DNA of 64,000 nucleotides from Candidatus Limnocylindrales bacterium (GTDB lineage Bacteria; Chloroflexota; Limnocylindria; Limnocylindrales; CSP1-4): NCBI GenBank assembly GCA_036392215.1, contig DASVYJ010000027.1, positions 15,637 to 79,636 of the forward strand, read 5' to 3'. Shown piece by piece: positions 40,360 to 50,107 of this stretch (position 1 is its first letter; each line of letters starts with the position of its first letter). The notes under the pieces were generated by a model. It saw only the letters and a program-made list of their open reading frames with translations, ran no database searches and was not told where the DNA came from. The position numbers and the translations under genes were made by a program.

Positions 40360-42707
40360 CGCACCGCCTCCACCGCCGCGGCCGCGGGCGAGGCGCCCGT
40401 GACCGCCGCCGTCACGTCGATGACGTTGTCGTAGGCCTCGGAGATGACCGCCAGGTTGGCGTCGACGACCGAACCGCCGCGCTTGCCGAAGAAGCGGTAG
40501 AGGGCCTTGCGGACCTCCTCGCGGAGCGTCTCACGGTCGAGACCGGCCCGCTCGGCGAAGGGCGAGACGCGCAGGAAGACCCCGACCAGGGCGACGCCCT
40601 GCATGCGCACGACCAGGTCCGCGCGGGGCGAGTGCTGGCGGGCAAGGGCTGCCGTATCGAGCGCCCAGAGCCGGATCCGGCGAGCGAGCATCTCGGCCCG
40701 GCTGGCGGCCGGCAGCGAGCCCCAGATCGCCTCCGCGTCGGTGAGCGGGCTCTGCAGGAAGACGGTCCCGCCGTCGGCCAGGCCGGCCAGCGGGTCGCCC
40801 TGGCGGAAGGCCGCCACGTCGTAGAGCGGCACGAACTCGACCTGCTCGAGCTCCGAGTGGATCCGGATCGGCTCGTCGGCGATCGTCAGGTAGTACGTCG
40901 TCGGGAGGCCCTTCTTCTCCGATCCGTAGAGCGGGTAGGCCTGGACGTGTTTCCCGAACAGCTCGCCGATGAGGGTGGCCAGGACCTTGTTCGTGGTGAC
41001 CGAGCCGAAGCCGCCGATCGAATGGCCGCGCAGGCTGTAGGCGCCGGCCGGCCGGAGGAGGACGGGCTTGCGCTCGAGCGCCAGCGGGTGGCGGATGCCG
41101 AGGACCGCGTGGCGCTGCTCGCGCAGCGCGTTCGGGTCGGCCAGCCAGTCGAAGACGGCCACCAGGTCGCCGACGGCGACGTCGCGGGAGCCGAGGCCGG
41201 CCGAGGCGGAGACGACCCGAGGCATCGGTGCGCCGTTCATCGCCGCGTCGGCGAGGGCGGCCTTGATCTCGCGGGTCAGCGGGTTGTCCGCCGCGGCGGG
41301 CTCGTCGGTCCGCTCGATGACGGCGATCGAGCGGGCGTTCCGCAGGGCCGCGGCGATCTGCGCCGCAGGGAACGGCCGGAAGCTCGTGACGGTCAGCGCG
41401 CCGACCTTGCGGCCGTCGTCGCGCAGGTGGTCCACGACGGGGGTCGCGGTGTCGGCCAGGGTGCCCATGGCCACGACGATCTCGTCGGCGTCCTCGCAGC
41501 GGTAGGCGTCGATAAGGCCGTAGGGCCGGCCGGTCAGCTCGGACCACTCGGCCATCGCCGTCCCGGCGGCCTCGGTCATCCGATCGTAGAAGGCTCGCTG
41601 GGCGACGCGACCCTTCATGTAGCTGTCCTGGTTCTGGACCACGCCCGTCATCAGGGCCTGGGCCGGATCGAACAGGTCGCGGATCCGCTCGCGCGGCTCG
41701 CCCACGAACGCCCGCAGCAGGTCGTCCTCGGGGAGCTGGACGTTCTCCATGGTGTGCGTCGTCAGGAAGCCGTCCTGGACGACGAAGACCGGCGTCTCCG
41801 TCTCCTCCGCGACCCGCCGGCAGATGGCGGTCAGGTCGGCCGCCTCCTGCGCGTTGCGGGCGAAGAAGATGCCCCAGCCCGTGTCGGCCACGCCCATCAC
41901 GTCGTCGTGGCCGGCGTGGATGTTCAGGGACTGGCTGGTGAGGGCCCGCGCCCCGACGTGGAAGACGGCCGGCAGGCGCTTGCCGCTGATGACGTACAGG
42001 ACCTCCTTCATGAGGATGAGGCCCTGGCCCGCCGTGAAGTTCGTCACCCGCCCGCCGGCCAGGGCGAAGCCCTCGGCGGCGGAGGCGGACGAGTGCTCGG
42101 ACTCGGGCTCGATGAACTTGAGGGTGGTGCCCCACAGGTTCGGGGTGCCGTTGGCCACCGCGACCTGGTAGATCGCCGCCATGTTCGTCGACGGCGTGAT
42201 CGGGTAGGCGCAGGCGCCTTCGCTGACGCGGGTCTCGACGTAGGCGATGGCCTCCGAGCCGTCGATGATGGCGGGGAGGCCCGGGTAGCGGGGGGCGGTG
42301 GGCAGGGTCGTTCTCGTCACGATGGTCGGTCCACTCAATTCGCGCAGCCGGCGGGCCAGCGCGCTTCCGTCAAGGTGCTTGAGCAGGGTGCCGCCGATCC
42401 CGCTGGCGACCGCCTCGCGCTGCTCGTCCGACCGCCAGTAGGAGGCGAGCACGGCGATCCGCCCCCGGTCGAGGAGACCGTCGAGGGCAGTGACCACCTG
42501 CTGCCAGCCGCCTGGCACGTCGCCGTCCACGAGGACCACATCGGGGCGCGTGGCGCGCACCTGGTGCGCGGCCGTCCCGCCGCACGTCGCGCGAGCGACG
42601 ACGACGAACCCGTGGCGCGAGAGGTGGTCGCTGAGGGCCTCCGCCGCCGCGCGGTGCTGGCTGACGATGAGCAGCCGGCGCGGGGGAAGCGGGTCGGTGG
42701 CGAGCAT
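40356..42707 (-). CDS. Pyruvate:ferredoxin oxidoreductase, N-terminal part (domains I-III) fused to an N-terminal receiver-like (CheY-like) domain
   Basis: Receiver-like segment: RRLLIVSQ...DVVLVDGDVPG...IAVLAS...LLKH. PFOR domain I: GSEAIAYVETRVSEGACAYPITPSTNMAA... Confidence 0.8.
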   Translation of the reverse strand: MLATDPLPPRRLLIVSQHRAAAEALSDHLSRHGFVVVARATCGGTAAHQVRATRPDVVLVDGDVPGGWQQVVTALDGLLDRGRIAVLASYWRSDEQREAVASGIGGTLLKHLDGSALARRLRELSGPTIVTRTTLPTAPRYPGLPAIIDGSEAIAYVETRVSEGACAYPITPSTNMAAIYQVAVANGTPNLWGTTLKFIEPESEHSSASAAEGFALAGGRVTNFTAGQGLILMKEVLYVISGKRLPAVFHVGARALTSQSLNIHAGHDDVMGVADTGWGIFFARNAQEAADLTAICRRVAEETETPVFVVQDGFLTTHTMENVQLPEDDLLRAFVGEPRERIRDLFDPAQALMTGVVQNQDSYMKGRVAQRAFYDRMTEAAGTAMAEWSELTGRPYGLIDAYRCEDADEIVVAMGTLADTATPVVDHLRDDGRKVGALTVTSFRPFPAAQIAAALRNARSIAVIERTDEPAAADNPLTREIKAALADAAMNGAPMPRVVSASAGLGSRDVAVGDLVAVFDWLADPNALREQRHAVLGIRHPLALERKPVLLRPAGAYSLRGHSIGGFGSVTTNKVLATLIGELFGKHVQAYPLYGSEKKGLPTTYYLTIADEPIRIHSELEQVEFVPLYDVAAFRQGDPLAGLADGGTVFLQSPLTDAEAIWGSLPAASRAEMLARRIRLWALDTAALARQHSPRADLVVRMQGVALVGVFLRVSPFAERAGLDRETLREEVRKALYRFFGKRGGSVVDANLAVISEAYDNVIDVTAAVTGASPAAAAVEAVR

Positions 42708-43010
42708 GGGCCAAGGGTGGCCGGCGGCGCCCCGGAACCCGTAGCGACAGGCTGCCCGAATATACGGGGCCAAACGGCCCGCGAGGGACCGGGCCGGGGC
42801 CGCGCCCGACCTACCCGTCGGGGGGAATCGGCCTGGAGGTCGCGTCGCCCCGGCCCGGCGGCCGACCGCCGGTGCTCCGGGACACCGGAGGCGACGCCAC
42901 GGGAGCGCGTGACGGCTTCCGGCGAGGTCGCCACGGGTCAGGAGACCCGCAAAACAGGCCATTCGGCCCTGTGGCGGTGCTCCGCGGCTCCCGCATCCTT
43001 CTGCCCGTGA

Positions 43011-43051
43011 CGAACGCCGGAGGGGACGCCCGGCGTTCGTCCTTCTTTATG
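43011..43051 (+). terminator. Orphan intrinsic-terminator-like hairpin (CGAACGCCGG-9nt-CCGGCGTTCG) followed by TCCTTCTTTAT
   Basis: Seen in the sequence. It lies in the PFOR upstream / CoA-transferase downstream intergenic region, and no plus-strand gene precedes it. Confidence 0.3.
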
Positions 43052-43086
43052 CCCGCCGCGCTCCGCGCCGCAGCCGGTGGCTACCC

Positions 43087-44358
43087 CTAGAGGTAGTGGT
43101 GGACGCGGGCGAACGAGCGCAGCTCGTCGCGGAAGTCCGGGTGAGCGATCGCGATGAGCGCCTCGGCCCGTTCCCGCACGCTCTTGCCGAACAGCTCGGC
43201 GACGCCCCACTCCGTGACGACCGTCCGGACGTGGGCCCGGGAGGTCACCACGCCGGCCCCCTCCTTGAGCATGGGCACGACGCGCGAGAAGCGCCCGTCC
43301 GACGCGGTCGAGGGCAGGGCGATGATGGCTCGCCCTTCGTCGGCCAGGGCCGCCCCGCGGATGAAGTCCATCTGGCCGCCGACGCCGCTGTAGAGCCGGA
43401 AACCGATCGAGTCGGCCGAGACCTGACCCGTGAGGTCCACCTCGATGGCCGAGTTGATGGCGGTCATCCGTGAGAAGCGGCGGATGACGGCGGTGTCGTT
43501 GGTGTAGTCGACCGGGCGAAGCTCGACCATCGGGTTGTCGTGGACGAACTCGTAGAGCCGCCGGCTGCCCATCATGAAGGCGGCCACGATCTTGCCGCAG
43601 TTGATCTCCTTGCGGCGGCCGGTCACGACGCCCGCCTCGACGAGGTCGACGATGGGGTCGGTGAACATCTCCGTGTGAACGCCCAGGTCGCGCTTGCCGG
43701 TGAGATGCCGGCCGACCGCCGTCGGGATCCCGCCGATGCCCATCTGCAGCGTCGCCCCGTCGGGCACGAGATCCGCCACGTACTCGCCGATGCGCTCCTC
43801 GACGGGGCCGAGCTCGCCGGCGTGGTACTCGTACGGGGGCTGGTCGACGTAGACCCCGTAGTCGATCTGGCTGACGTGGACGAAGGAATCGCCGAGGGTC
43901 CGCGGCATCGCCCGGTTGAGCTGGGCGATGACCGTCGTCGCGCAGCGGATCGCCGTGGGCATCGTGTCCACGGAGGTGCCGAGCGAGCAGTAGCCGTGCT
44001 CGTCGGGCATCGTCATGTTGGCGAACACGGCGTCCAGCGGCAGGATGCGCCGGTCGATGAGGCGGGGGATGTCGGACAGGAAGACGGGCACGAAGTCGGC
44101 CCGGCCCTCGTTGACGGCCTGCCGCGCGTTCGGCCCGATGAAGAGGGCGCGGTGCCGGAAGTGGGCCTCCATCCCCGGCCCGAGGTGGGGGTGCGGCCCC
44201 TCGGCATGCATGTGGGCGACGGTCACGTCGGTCAGCTCGGGCGCGCGCGCCACGAGCGCGTCGAGGAGGACCGACGGGGTGGCGGCCGCGCCGTGGACGA
44301 AGATGGTGTCGCCCGAGTGGATGGCTGCCACGGCCTCCGGGGCGGTGACGATCCGCAT
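43087..44358 (-). CDS. Acetyl-CoA hydrolase/transferase family (4-hydroxybutyrate CoA-transferase-like)
   Basis: Full-length match to the Cat2/ACH1 family (MRIVTAPEAVAAIHSGDTIFVHGAAATP...GIGGIPTAV...SGVGGQMDF). Confidence 0.9.
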   Translation of the reverse strand: MRIVTAPEAVAAIHSGDTIFVHGAAATPSVLLDALVARAPELTDVTVAHMHAEGPHPHLGPGMEAHFRHRALFIGPNARQAVNEGRADFVPVFLSDIPRLIDRRILPLDAVFANMTMPDEHGYCSLGTSVDTMPTAIRCATTVIAQLNRAMPRTLGDSFVHVSQIDYGVYVDQPPYEYHAGELGPVEERIGEYVADLVPDGATLQMGIGGIPTAVGRHLTGKRDLGVHTEMFTDPIVDLVEAGVVTGRRKEINCGKIVAAFMMGSRRLYEFVHDNPMVELRPVDYTNDTAVIRRFSRMTAINSAIEVDLTGQVSADSIGFRLYSGVGGQMDFIRGAALADEGRAIIALPSTASDGRFSRVVPMLKEGAGVVTSRAHVRTVVTEWGVAELFGKSVRERAEALIAIAHPDFRDELRSFARVHHYL

Positions 44359-44396
44359 GCCCGGAGTCTAGGTCGCGCCGAGGCCGCCGAAGGGGC

Positions 44397-45068
44397 TCAG
44401 CCGGCGCCCTTGATGCGGTGGCGGGCGACGAATGCGGCGGCCTGGGCGCGCCGCTCCAGGTTGAGCTTCGAGAGGATCGAGCTGACGTAGTTCTTGACGG
44501 TCTTGTCGGAGAGGAAGACCTCCTGGGCGATCTCCTTGTTCGTCTTCCCCTCGGCGACGAGCAGCAGGATCTTCTGCTCCTGCTGGGTCAGCTGCGCCAT
44601 CTCGTCGGTGTACGTGCCGGTCGCGATGCGCCGGACGCGGTCGAGGACCTTCTCGGTCACGGCCGGGTCGAGGAGCGACTCGCCCCGCCCGACCGCCTCG
44701 AGGGCGTTGACCAGGTCGCGCGCACGGATCTGCTTGAGCAGGTAGCCGCTGGCGCCGGCGATGATGGCCGAGAGGACCGCCTCCTCGTCCGGGTAGCTCG
44801 TCAGGATCACCACCCGCGTCGCCGGGAACTCGGCGCGGATCTCGCGGCAGGCCTCGATGCCCGAGCCGTCCGGCAGGCGGACATCCATCACCACCAGGTC
44901 GGGCTCGAACTTGCGGGCCATCTCGATGGCCTCGGCCGCGGTGCCTCCCTCCGCCACCACCTGGAAGTGCTCGCGCCGCTCGAGCAGCGCGACCAGGCCC
45001 TGGCGGACCACCTCGTGGTCGTCCACGACGAGCAGGCGCAGCGGTCGGCTGTCGACTTGGTCGGTCAT
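44397..45068 (-). CDS. LuxR/NarL-family response regulator (DosR/DevR-like)
   Basis: LRLLVVDDHEVVRQGL...DLVVMDVRLPDGSGIEAC...LTQQEQKILLLVAEGKTNKEIAQEVFLSDKTVKNYVSSIL. Confidence 0.9.
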   Translation of the reverse strand: MTDQVDSRPLRLLVVDDHEVVRQGLVALLERREHFQVVAEGGTAAEAIEMARKFEPDLVVMDVRLPDGSGIEACREIRAEFPATRVVILTSYPDEEAVLSAIIAGASGYLLKQIRARDLVNALEAVGRGESLLDPAVTEKVLDRVRRIATGTYTDEMAQLTQQEQKILLLVAEGKTNKEIAQEVFLSDKTVKNYVSSILSKLNLERRAQAAAFVARHRIKGAG

Positions 45069-45076
45069 GCTCTCCC

Positions 45077-46702
45077 TCAGGCTGGCACCTCGGCCGCACG
45101 ATCAGGGCCCGGGCGCGGCAGCTGCACGATGATACGCGTGCCGTGGCCGGGCCGGCTCACGACCTCCAGCGAGCCGCCCACGTCCGCCGCGCGGGCCCGC
45201 ATGTTGACGAGGCCCTGGTGGCCGGGACCCCGCGGCCGGGCGGGGTCGAAGCCGACGCCGTTGTCCGAGATGTCGAGCGAGACGGCGTCCTCGTCGGCGG
45301 CGACCTTGATGGCGGCCCGCGTGGCCTTCGAGTGGCGGGCGATGTTGCTGAGGGCCTCACGGGCGATGCTGAGCAGCTGCGTCGTCTCGTCCGCGGGCAG
45401 CTCGAGCAGCCCGTCGCCCTCCGCCTCCAGCTCGACGTCGACGAGGCTGTTGACCCGGAACTCGTCGCCCAGGGCGGCCAGGCCACCGACGAGCCCGGCC
45501 TGTTCGAGGAGCTCGGGCCGCAACCCGAAGATGAAGTTGCGGATGTCGCGGATCGTCTGGTCCAGGGCGTCGATCGCCCGCTCGACGCGCGCCTTGGCCT
45601 CGGCCGGCTCGTCGTCCATCAGGTCCGCGACGTCCTCGAGGCCGAGGCCGACGGCGTAGATCGACTGGATGATGCCGTCGTGCAGGTCGCGCCCGATCCG
45701 CTCGCGCTCCTCGACGATGGCCAGCCGCTGGACCTGCTCGTGGAGGCGGGCGTTCTCCATGGCGATGCCGGCGTGCAGGGCGAACATCTCGACGAGGCGC
45801 TGGTCGTCGGCGCTGAACGGCCGCCCGCCGCGCTTGTTGGTGAGGTACAGGTCGCCGATCGAGCGCCCCTTGACGGTGATGGGGACGCCCAGGAAGGCGT
45901 GCATCTCGGGGTGGTTCGGCGGGAACCCGTAGCGCCGCTCGTCGCGGGCGATGTCGTCGACGCGGAAGGTCTGGCCCTCGCGGATGATGAGGCCCAGCAA
46001 GCCGTGGCCGCGGGGCGGCGGGCCGATCCGCTCGCGATCGTGGCGGCTGATGCCGCTGGTGATGAAGCGCTCGATCTGGCCCTCCTGGTCGACGATGCCG
46101 AGGGCCGCGTACTCGGCGCCCGCCAGCTCCCGGACCCGGTCCACGATCAGCTGGAAGACCCGCTCGAGGGAGAGGACGCCGGCGACGGCGCGGCTCGCCG
46201 CGTCGAGCGCGCTCAGCTCGGCCTCGGCGGCTCGCGTCCGGGCTCGCGACCACGCCGCGTCCAGGGCCACCTCGATGGCGCGCGCCGCCTGCGCCGTTCC
46301 GGCATCCGGCGACCCACCGACGCCGGGGTCGAGCCACAGCCGGCCGAGCGTCCGGCCCTCGGCCGCGATCAGCGGCTGCTCGTGGAGGGCGTCCCGGCGC
46401 CGCGCCGCGGGACGACGCCGCAGGGTGCCCGTCCCGATGTGGACGGCGGGCAGCGGCTCGGCATCGACGACGAGGTACGCGCCGGCCATCCCGTTGAGCT
46501 CGGCGATGCGGCCGAGCGCCTCCTGCAGCCGAGCGAGGGTGGCGGGAGCCGGTCGGCGCTCCCACGCCTCGAAGGCGTCGAGGGCCTCGTGGAGCGGCAG
46601 GCGCCCGGGCGGAGCGGTGATGGCGCGCACGGCCGGGTCGCTGGGTGATCGGGTCGCGGGTCGGGCGGCGGGACGCTGCGGACCGGGGTCGGGGACGGAC
46701 AT
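45077..46702 (-). CDS. DosS/DevS-like sensor kinase (tandem GAF, HisKA_3, HATPase)
   Basis: GAF: ...GIVDQEGQIERFITSGI...HPEMHAFLGVPI. H-box: ERERIGRDLHDGIIQS. ATPase: DNGVGFD. The upstream 124 codons of the ORF were rejected. Confidence 0.85.
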   Translation of the reverse strand: MSVPDPGPQRPAARPATRSPSDPAVRAITAPPGRLPLHEALDAFEAWERRPAPATLARLQEALGRIAELNGMAGAYLVVDAEPLPAVHIGTGTLRRRPAARRRDALHEQPLIAAEGRTLGRLWLDPGVGGSPDAGTAQAARAIEVALDAAWSRARTRAAEAELSALDAASRAVAGVLSLERVFQLIVDRVRELAGAEYAALGIVDQEGQIERFITSGISRHDRERIGPPPRGHGLLGLIIREGQTFRVDDIARDERRYGFPPNHPEMHAFLGVPITVKGRSIGDLYLTNKRGGRPFSADDQRLVEMFALHAGIAMENARLHEQVQRLAIVEERERIGRDLHDGIIQSIYAVGLGLEDVADLMDDEPAEAKARVERAIDALDQTIRDIRNFIFGLRPELLEQAGLVGGLAALGDEFRVNSLVDVELEAEGDGLLELPADETTQLLSIAREALSNIARHSKATRAAIKVAADEDAVSLDISDNGVGFDPARPRGPGHQGLVNMRARAADVGGSLEVVSRPGHGTRIIVQLPRPGPDRAAEVPA

Positions 46703-46878
46703 CAGGCCGGAGCATACAGAACGCGCGACATCGCGGACACGGGCAGGCGCTTCCGCTCGCCCGGACGGCCCGCGATCACCTGCCGCTCCCTTCCGCCCGA
46801 CCCGCGTGCCCGACGGCCCGTGCGAACGGGCCGGAGGTCCCTTCCCGCCTCCATCCGTGCGGGCGACCATCCCGACCC

Positions 46879-48030
46879 ATGAGCGAAGTCGTCCCGCCCC
46901 TGCCCGACCATCCCTCCGAGACCGGCGACGCCGACGCCGCGGCGCTGTCCCGCCGCCGATTCCTGCGTGGAGCAGCCGTCGCCGGCGGCGGCCTGCTGAC
47001 CGTCGGCCTGGCGGGCTGCGCGACCTCTGCCGCCCCGGACTGGCGCTACAACACGGCCGTGCCTGCGGCCGCACCGTCGGCCAGCCCGGCGGCCTCGGCC
47101 GGCTCCAGCATGGGCATGGACATGGGCTCGCCGGCCCCGGGCGGCAGCCCTGCCGTGGACTGGCGGGCGATGGACGCGGCCATGGACGCGGTCGTCAAGC
47201 GCTATCCCGAGAAGACCGACAAGGTCGGCAACCAGCCCCTCACGCCGCGCGTCGACGGCGACTGGAAGGTCTTCGACCTCGAAGCCCTCAACATGCAGTG
47301 GCAGATCGACGCGCAGAAGAAGCCCGTCGCCGCGCTGGGCTACAACGGGATGTGGCCGGGGCCGCTCCTCCGGGTGACCGAGGGCGACAAGGTGCGGGCG
47401 ATCCTCAAGAACTCGATGACCGAGTCGACGGTCATCCACTTCCACGGCCAGCACCTGCCGAACAAGATGGATGGCGTCCCGAGCCTGACCCAGGACCCGG
47501 TCGCGCCCGGCGGCACCTTCGTCTACGAGTTCCTCGCCAGCCCGTCCGGCTCGCACATGTACCACTCGCACCACAACTCCGCCGACCAGGTCGGACGCGG
47601 GCTGCTGGGCGCGTTCATCGTCGATCCGAAGGACCCGGCCCAGCGCTACCAGGTCGACCAGGACGTCGTCTGGATCAGCAACGACGCCCTCGGTGGCTTC
47701 ACCATCAACGGCAAGGGGTTCCCGGCGACGAATCCCATCGTCGCCAAGAAGGGCCAGCGGGTCCTCGTCCGCTTCATGAACGAGGGCACGATGAGCCACC
47801 CGTGGCACCTCCACGGGATGCACTTCCAGGTCGTCGCGCGCGACGGCTGGCCGCTCGGTTCGGCCGCCTTCCGCTGCGACACCCTCGGCGTCAACCCCGG
47901 CGAGCGCTACGACGTGATCATCGAGTGCGACAACGTCGGCGCCTGGGCGTTCCACTGCCACATCCTGACCCACGCCGAGAGCTCGGCCGGGATGTTCGGC
48001 ATGGTCAACGCCCTCATCGTGCAGGAGTAG
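46879..48030 (+). CDS. Multicopper oxidase (small, Tat-exported)
   Basis: Tat motif SRRRFLRGAAVAGGG. Copper sites HFHGQH, HMYHSHH, HPWHLHGMHF, HCHILTHAESSAGMFG. Confidence 0.85.
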   Translation: MSEVVPPLPDHPSETGDADAAALSRRRFLRGAAVAGGGLLTVGLAGCATSAAPDWRYNTAVPAAAPSASPAASAGSSMGMDMGSPAPGGSPAVDWRAMDAAMDAVVKRYPEKTDKVGNQPLTPRVDGDWKVFDLEALNMQWQIDAQKKPVAALGYNGMWPGPLLRVTEGDKVRAILKNSMTESTVIHFHGQHLPNKMDGVPSLTQDPVAPGGTFVYEFLASPSGSHMYHSHHNSADQVGRGLLGAFIVDPKDPAQRYQVDQDVVWISNDALGGFTINGKGFPATNPIVAKKGQRVLVRFMNEGTMSHPWHLHGMHFQVVARDGWPLGSAAFRCDTLGVNPGERYDVIIECDNVGAWAFHCHILTHAESSAGMFGMVNALIVQE

Positions 48031-48053
48031 CGGCGCCGTCAGGCGCGCCCGCC

Positions 48054-48539
48054 ATGTCGCACCTCGAGACGATCCTGCTGGCGACGGACGGCTCGGCCGC
48101 GTCCCAGGCCGCCCAGGAGGAGGCGCTGCTCCTGGCGGCCGAGGTCGGCGCCCGGCTGCTCGTCGTCAGCGTGATCAACACGACCGCCAAGCTCCCCGCC
48201 GAGGCGATCGTGGCGGGCGGCGGACCGCGCGGCCTGGTCGACCTCCGCGAAGCGCTCGTGACGGGCGCCCAGGGCATCGTCGAGCGGGCGCGGGCAGCCG
48301 GGGCAGGGGCGACCTTCCTCGTCTGGGAGGGTGACCCGGGCGAGGCGATCGTGGCCGCGGCCGAGGCCGAGGGGGTGGACCTCATCGTCGTCGGCAGCCA
48401 CGGCCGCGGGCCGGTCGGCCGCTTCCTCATCGGCAGCGTTTCGGACTACGTGGTCCGCCACGCGCGCTGCCCGGTCCTCGTGGTCCGGCCCCGGCAGGAG
48501 GCGCCCCTGCCGGCCAGGACGGAGACGCGGCCCGTCTGA
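48054..48539 (+). CDS. Universal stress protein (UspA family)
   Basis: ILLATDGSAAS...LIVVGSHGRGPVGRFLIGSVSDYVVRHARCPVLVV. Confidence 0.85.
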   Translation: MSHLETILLATDGSAASQAAQEEALLLAAEVGARLLVVSVINTTAKLPAEAIVAGGGPRGLVDLREALVTGAQGIVERARAAGAGATFLVWEGDPGEAIVAAAEAEGVDLIVVGSHGRGPVGRFLIGSVSDYVVRHARCPVLVVRPRQEAPLPARTETRPV

Positions 48540-48616
48540 CGACGCGCCCGCCCGACGCGCCGCACCCGGCCCGGGCGCGGGTCCGAGGCGCCCGACGCGC
48601 GATCGTCCCCGGCGGC

Positions 48617-50107
48617 TCAGCGAGCGCGGGGCGCAGCCGACGCGACGCGCTCGTCCCGCGCACCGGGCGCCGCGGCCGCGCCACGGCCTGACGTCGTCGA
48701 GCGCAGCGGCGCCACCTCGACGGGCTCGGCCGGCACCTGGCGGTCGCCGTCGCCGAGCAGCGGCTCGCGGACCGCCTCGGCGACGGCCGCGGCCTCCCGC
48801 CGTCCGGCGCGCTGGGCGGGCCGCCCCCGCAGCCGCCCCACCGATCCCTCGAGCGAGGCCTCGAACTGCCCGCTCCGGACGACCCACACGGTCGCGCCGA
48901 GGGCCCCGACCGCCGAGACGGCGCCGCCGACGGCCAGCGAGACGGGCGTCCCGAACGACGAGGCGAGCCAGCCCGCGATGAGGCCGCCGATGGGCGTCGA
49001 GCCGGCGAACACGGTGGTGTAGACGCTCATGACGCGGCCGCGCAGCGCGTCCGGGACCGCGAGCTGGATGGCCGAGTTCGCCGTCGCCGTCATGGCGATC
49101 GCCCCGACGCCGGCGCCGAACACCGCGACGAGCGCCAGCGGGAACGAGCGGACCGCGGCGAAGACGACCTCGAGGGTCCCAAGGGCGAGCGCGCCGACCA
49201 GCAGGACGGGGACGCGGGGCCGGCCGAGCCAGGCGACGCCGAGGGCGGCGAGCAGCGAGCCGAGGCCCATGGCCGACATCAGGAAGCCGAGCCCGGTCGC
49301 CCCGACGCCCAGCACGTTGTTGGCCATCGCCGGGACCAGCACGTTGAAGTTCATGCCCGCGGTCGAGACCACCCCGACGAGGCCGACGGCCAGCAGGACG
49401 ATCGGCGTCCGCCGGACATAGCGCAGGCCCTCGGCCAGATTCGCCCCGACCTCCGCCGCCCCTCGCGGCCGCGTCAGGCGCGTCGCCGGCAGGAGGTCCC
49501 GCTCGCGCATCGCCAGGAGCCCGGCGATGACGGCCACGAACGAGAGGCCGTTGAGGAAGAAGCAGGCGGTCACCCCGAAGGCCCCGACGATGAGGCCCGC
49601 GACCGCCGGGCCGAGGATGCGGGCGGCATTGAACATCGCCGAGTTGAGCCCGACGGCGTTGGCCACGTCGTCCCGCCCGACCATCTCGATGACGAAGCTC
49701 TGACGGGTCGGCATGTCGACGGCGTTGACCATGCCCAGGGCGATTGCGAGGACGAGGATGTGCCAGACCTGGACGATGTGGGCGTACGACAGGCCGGCCA
49801 GGATGAGGGCCAGGACCATGAGGATGGCCTGCGTCGCGACGATCGTCCGCCGCTTCGGCAGCAGGTCGGCGATGACGCCGCCGAACAGGCCCAGGATCAT
49901 GACCGGGCTGAACTGGACCGCGGCGACGACGCCGAGCCAGAATGGATCGTGGGTCAGCAGCAGGACCAGCCAGGCCTGGGCGACCGACTGCATCCACGTC
50001 CCGACGAGCGAGATGAGCTGGCCGAAGAAGAACAGCCGGAAGTTGCGATGGCGCAGCGCGCCCCGCCAGCGGAGGACCGCGACGAGGCTCGGCCGGGGGG
50101 CCGTCAC
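48617..50107 (-). CDS. MFS transporter (12-TM, EntS-like exporter family) with a low-complexity C-terminal tail
   Basis: GTG start overlapping the upstream MFS stop (GTGA). Typical MFS helices. Confidence 0.8.
   Translation of the reverse strand: MTAPRPSLVAVLRWRGALRHRNFRLFFFGQLISLVGTWMQSVAQAWLVLLLTHDPFWLGVVAAVQFSPVMILGLFGGVIADLLPKRRTIVATQAILMVLALILAGLSYAHIVQVWHILVLAIALGMVNAVDMPTRQSFVIEMVGRDDVANAVGLNSAMFNAARILGPAVAGLIVGAFGVTACFFLNGLSFVAVIAGLLAMRERDLLPATRLTRPRGAAEVGANLAEGLRYVRRTPIVLLAVGLVGVVSTAGMNFNVLVPAMANNVLGVGATGLGFLMSAMGLGSLLAALGVAWLGRPRVPVLLVGALALGTLEVVFAAVRSFPLALVAVFGAGVGAIAMTATANSAIQLAVPDALRGRVMSVYTTVFAGSTPIGGLIAGWLASSFGTPVSLAVGGAVSAVGALGATVWVVRSGQFEASLEGSVGRLRGRPAQRAGRREAAAVAEAVREPLLGDGDRQVPAEPVEVAPLRSTTSGRGAAAAPGARDERVASAAPRAR

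Noticed and set aside
42872-43090. 72-aa plus-strand ORF in the PFOR / CoA-transferase gap
   Set aside because: No RBS and no domain. It is reported only as a possible ncRNA or terminator context.
46645-46878. N-terminal 78 codons of the multicopper oxidase ORF
   Set aside because: It overlaps the DosS-like kinase start antisense. The Tat signal and a sensible start are at 46879.
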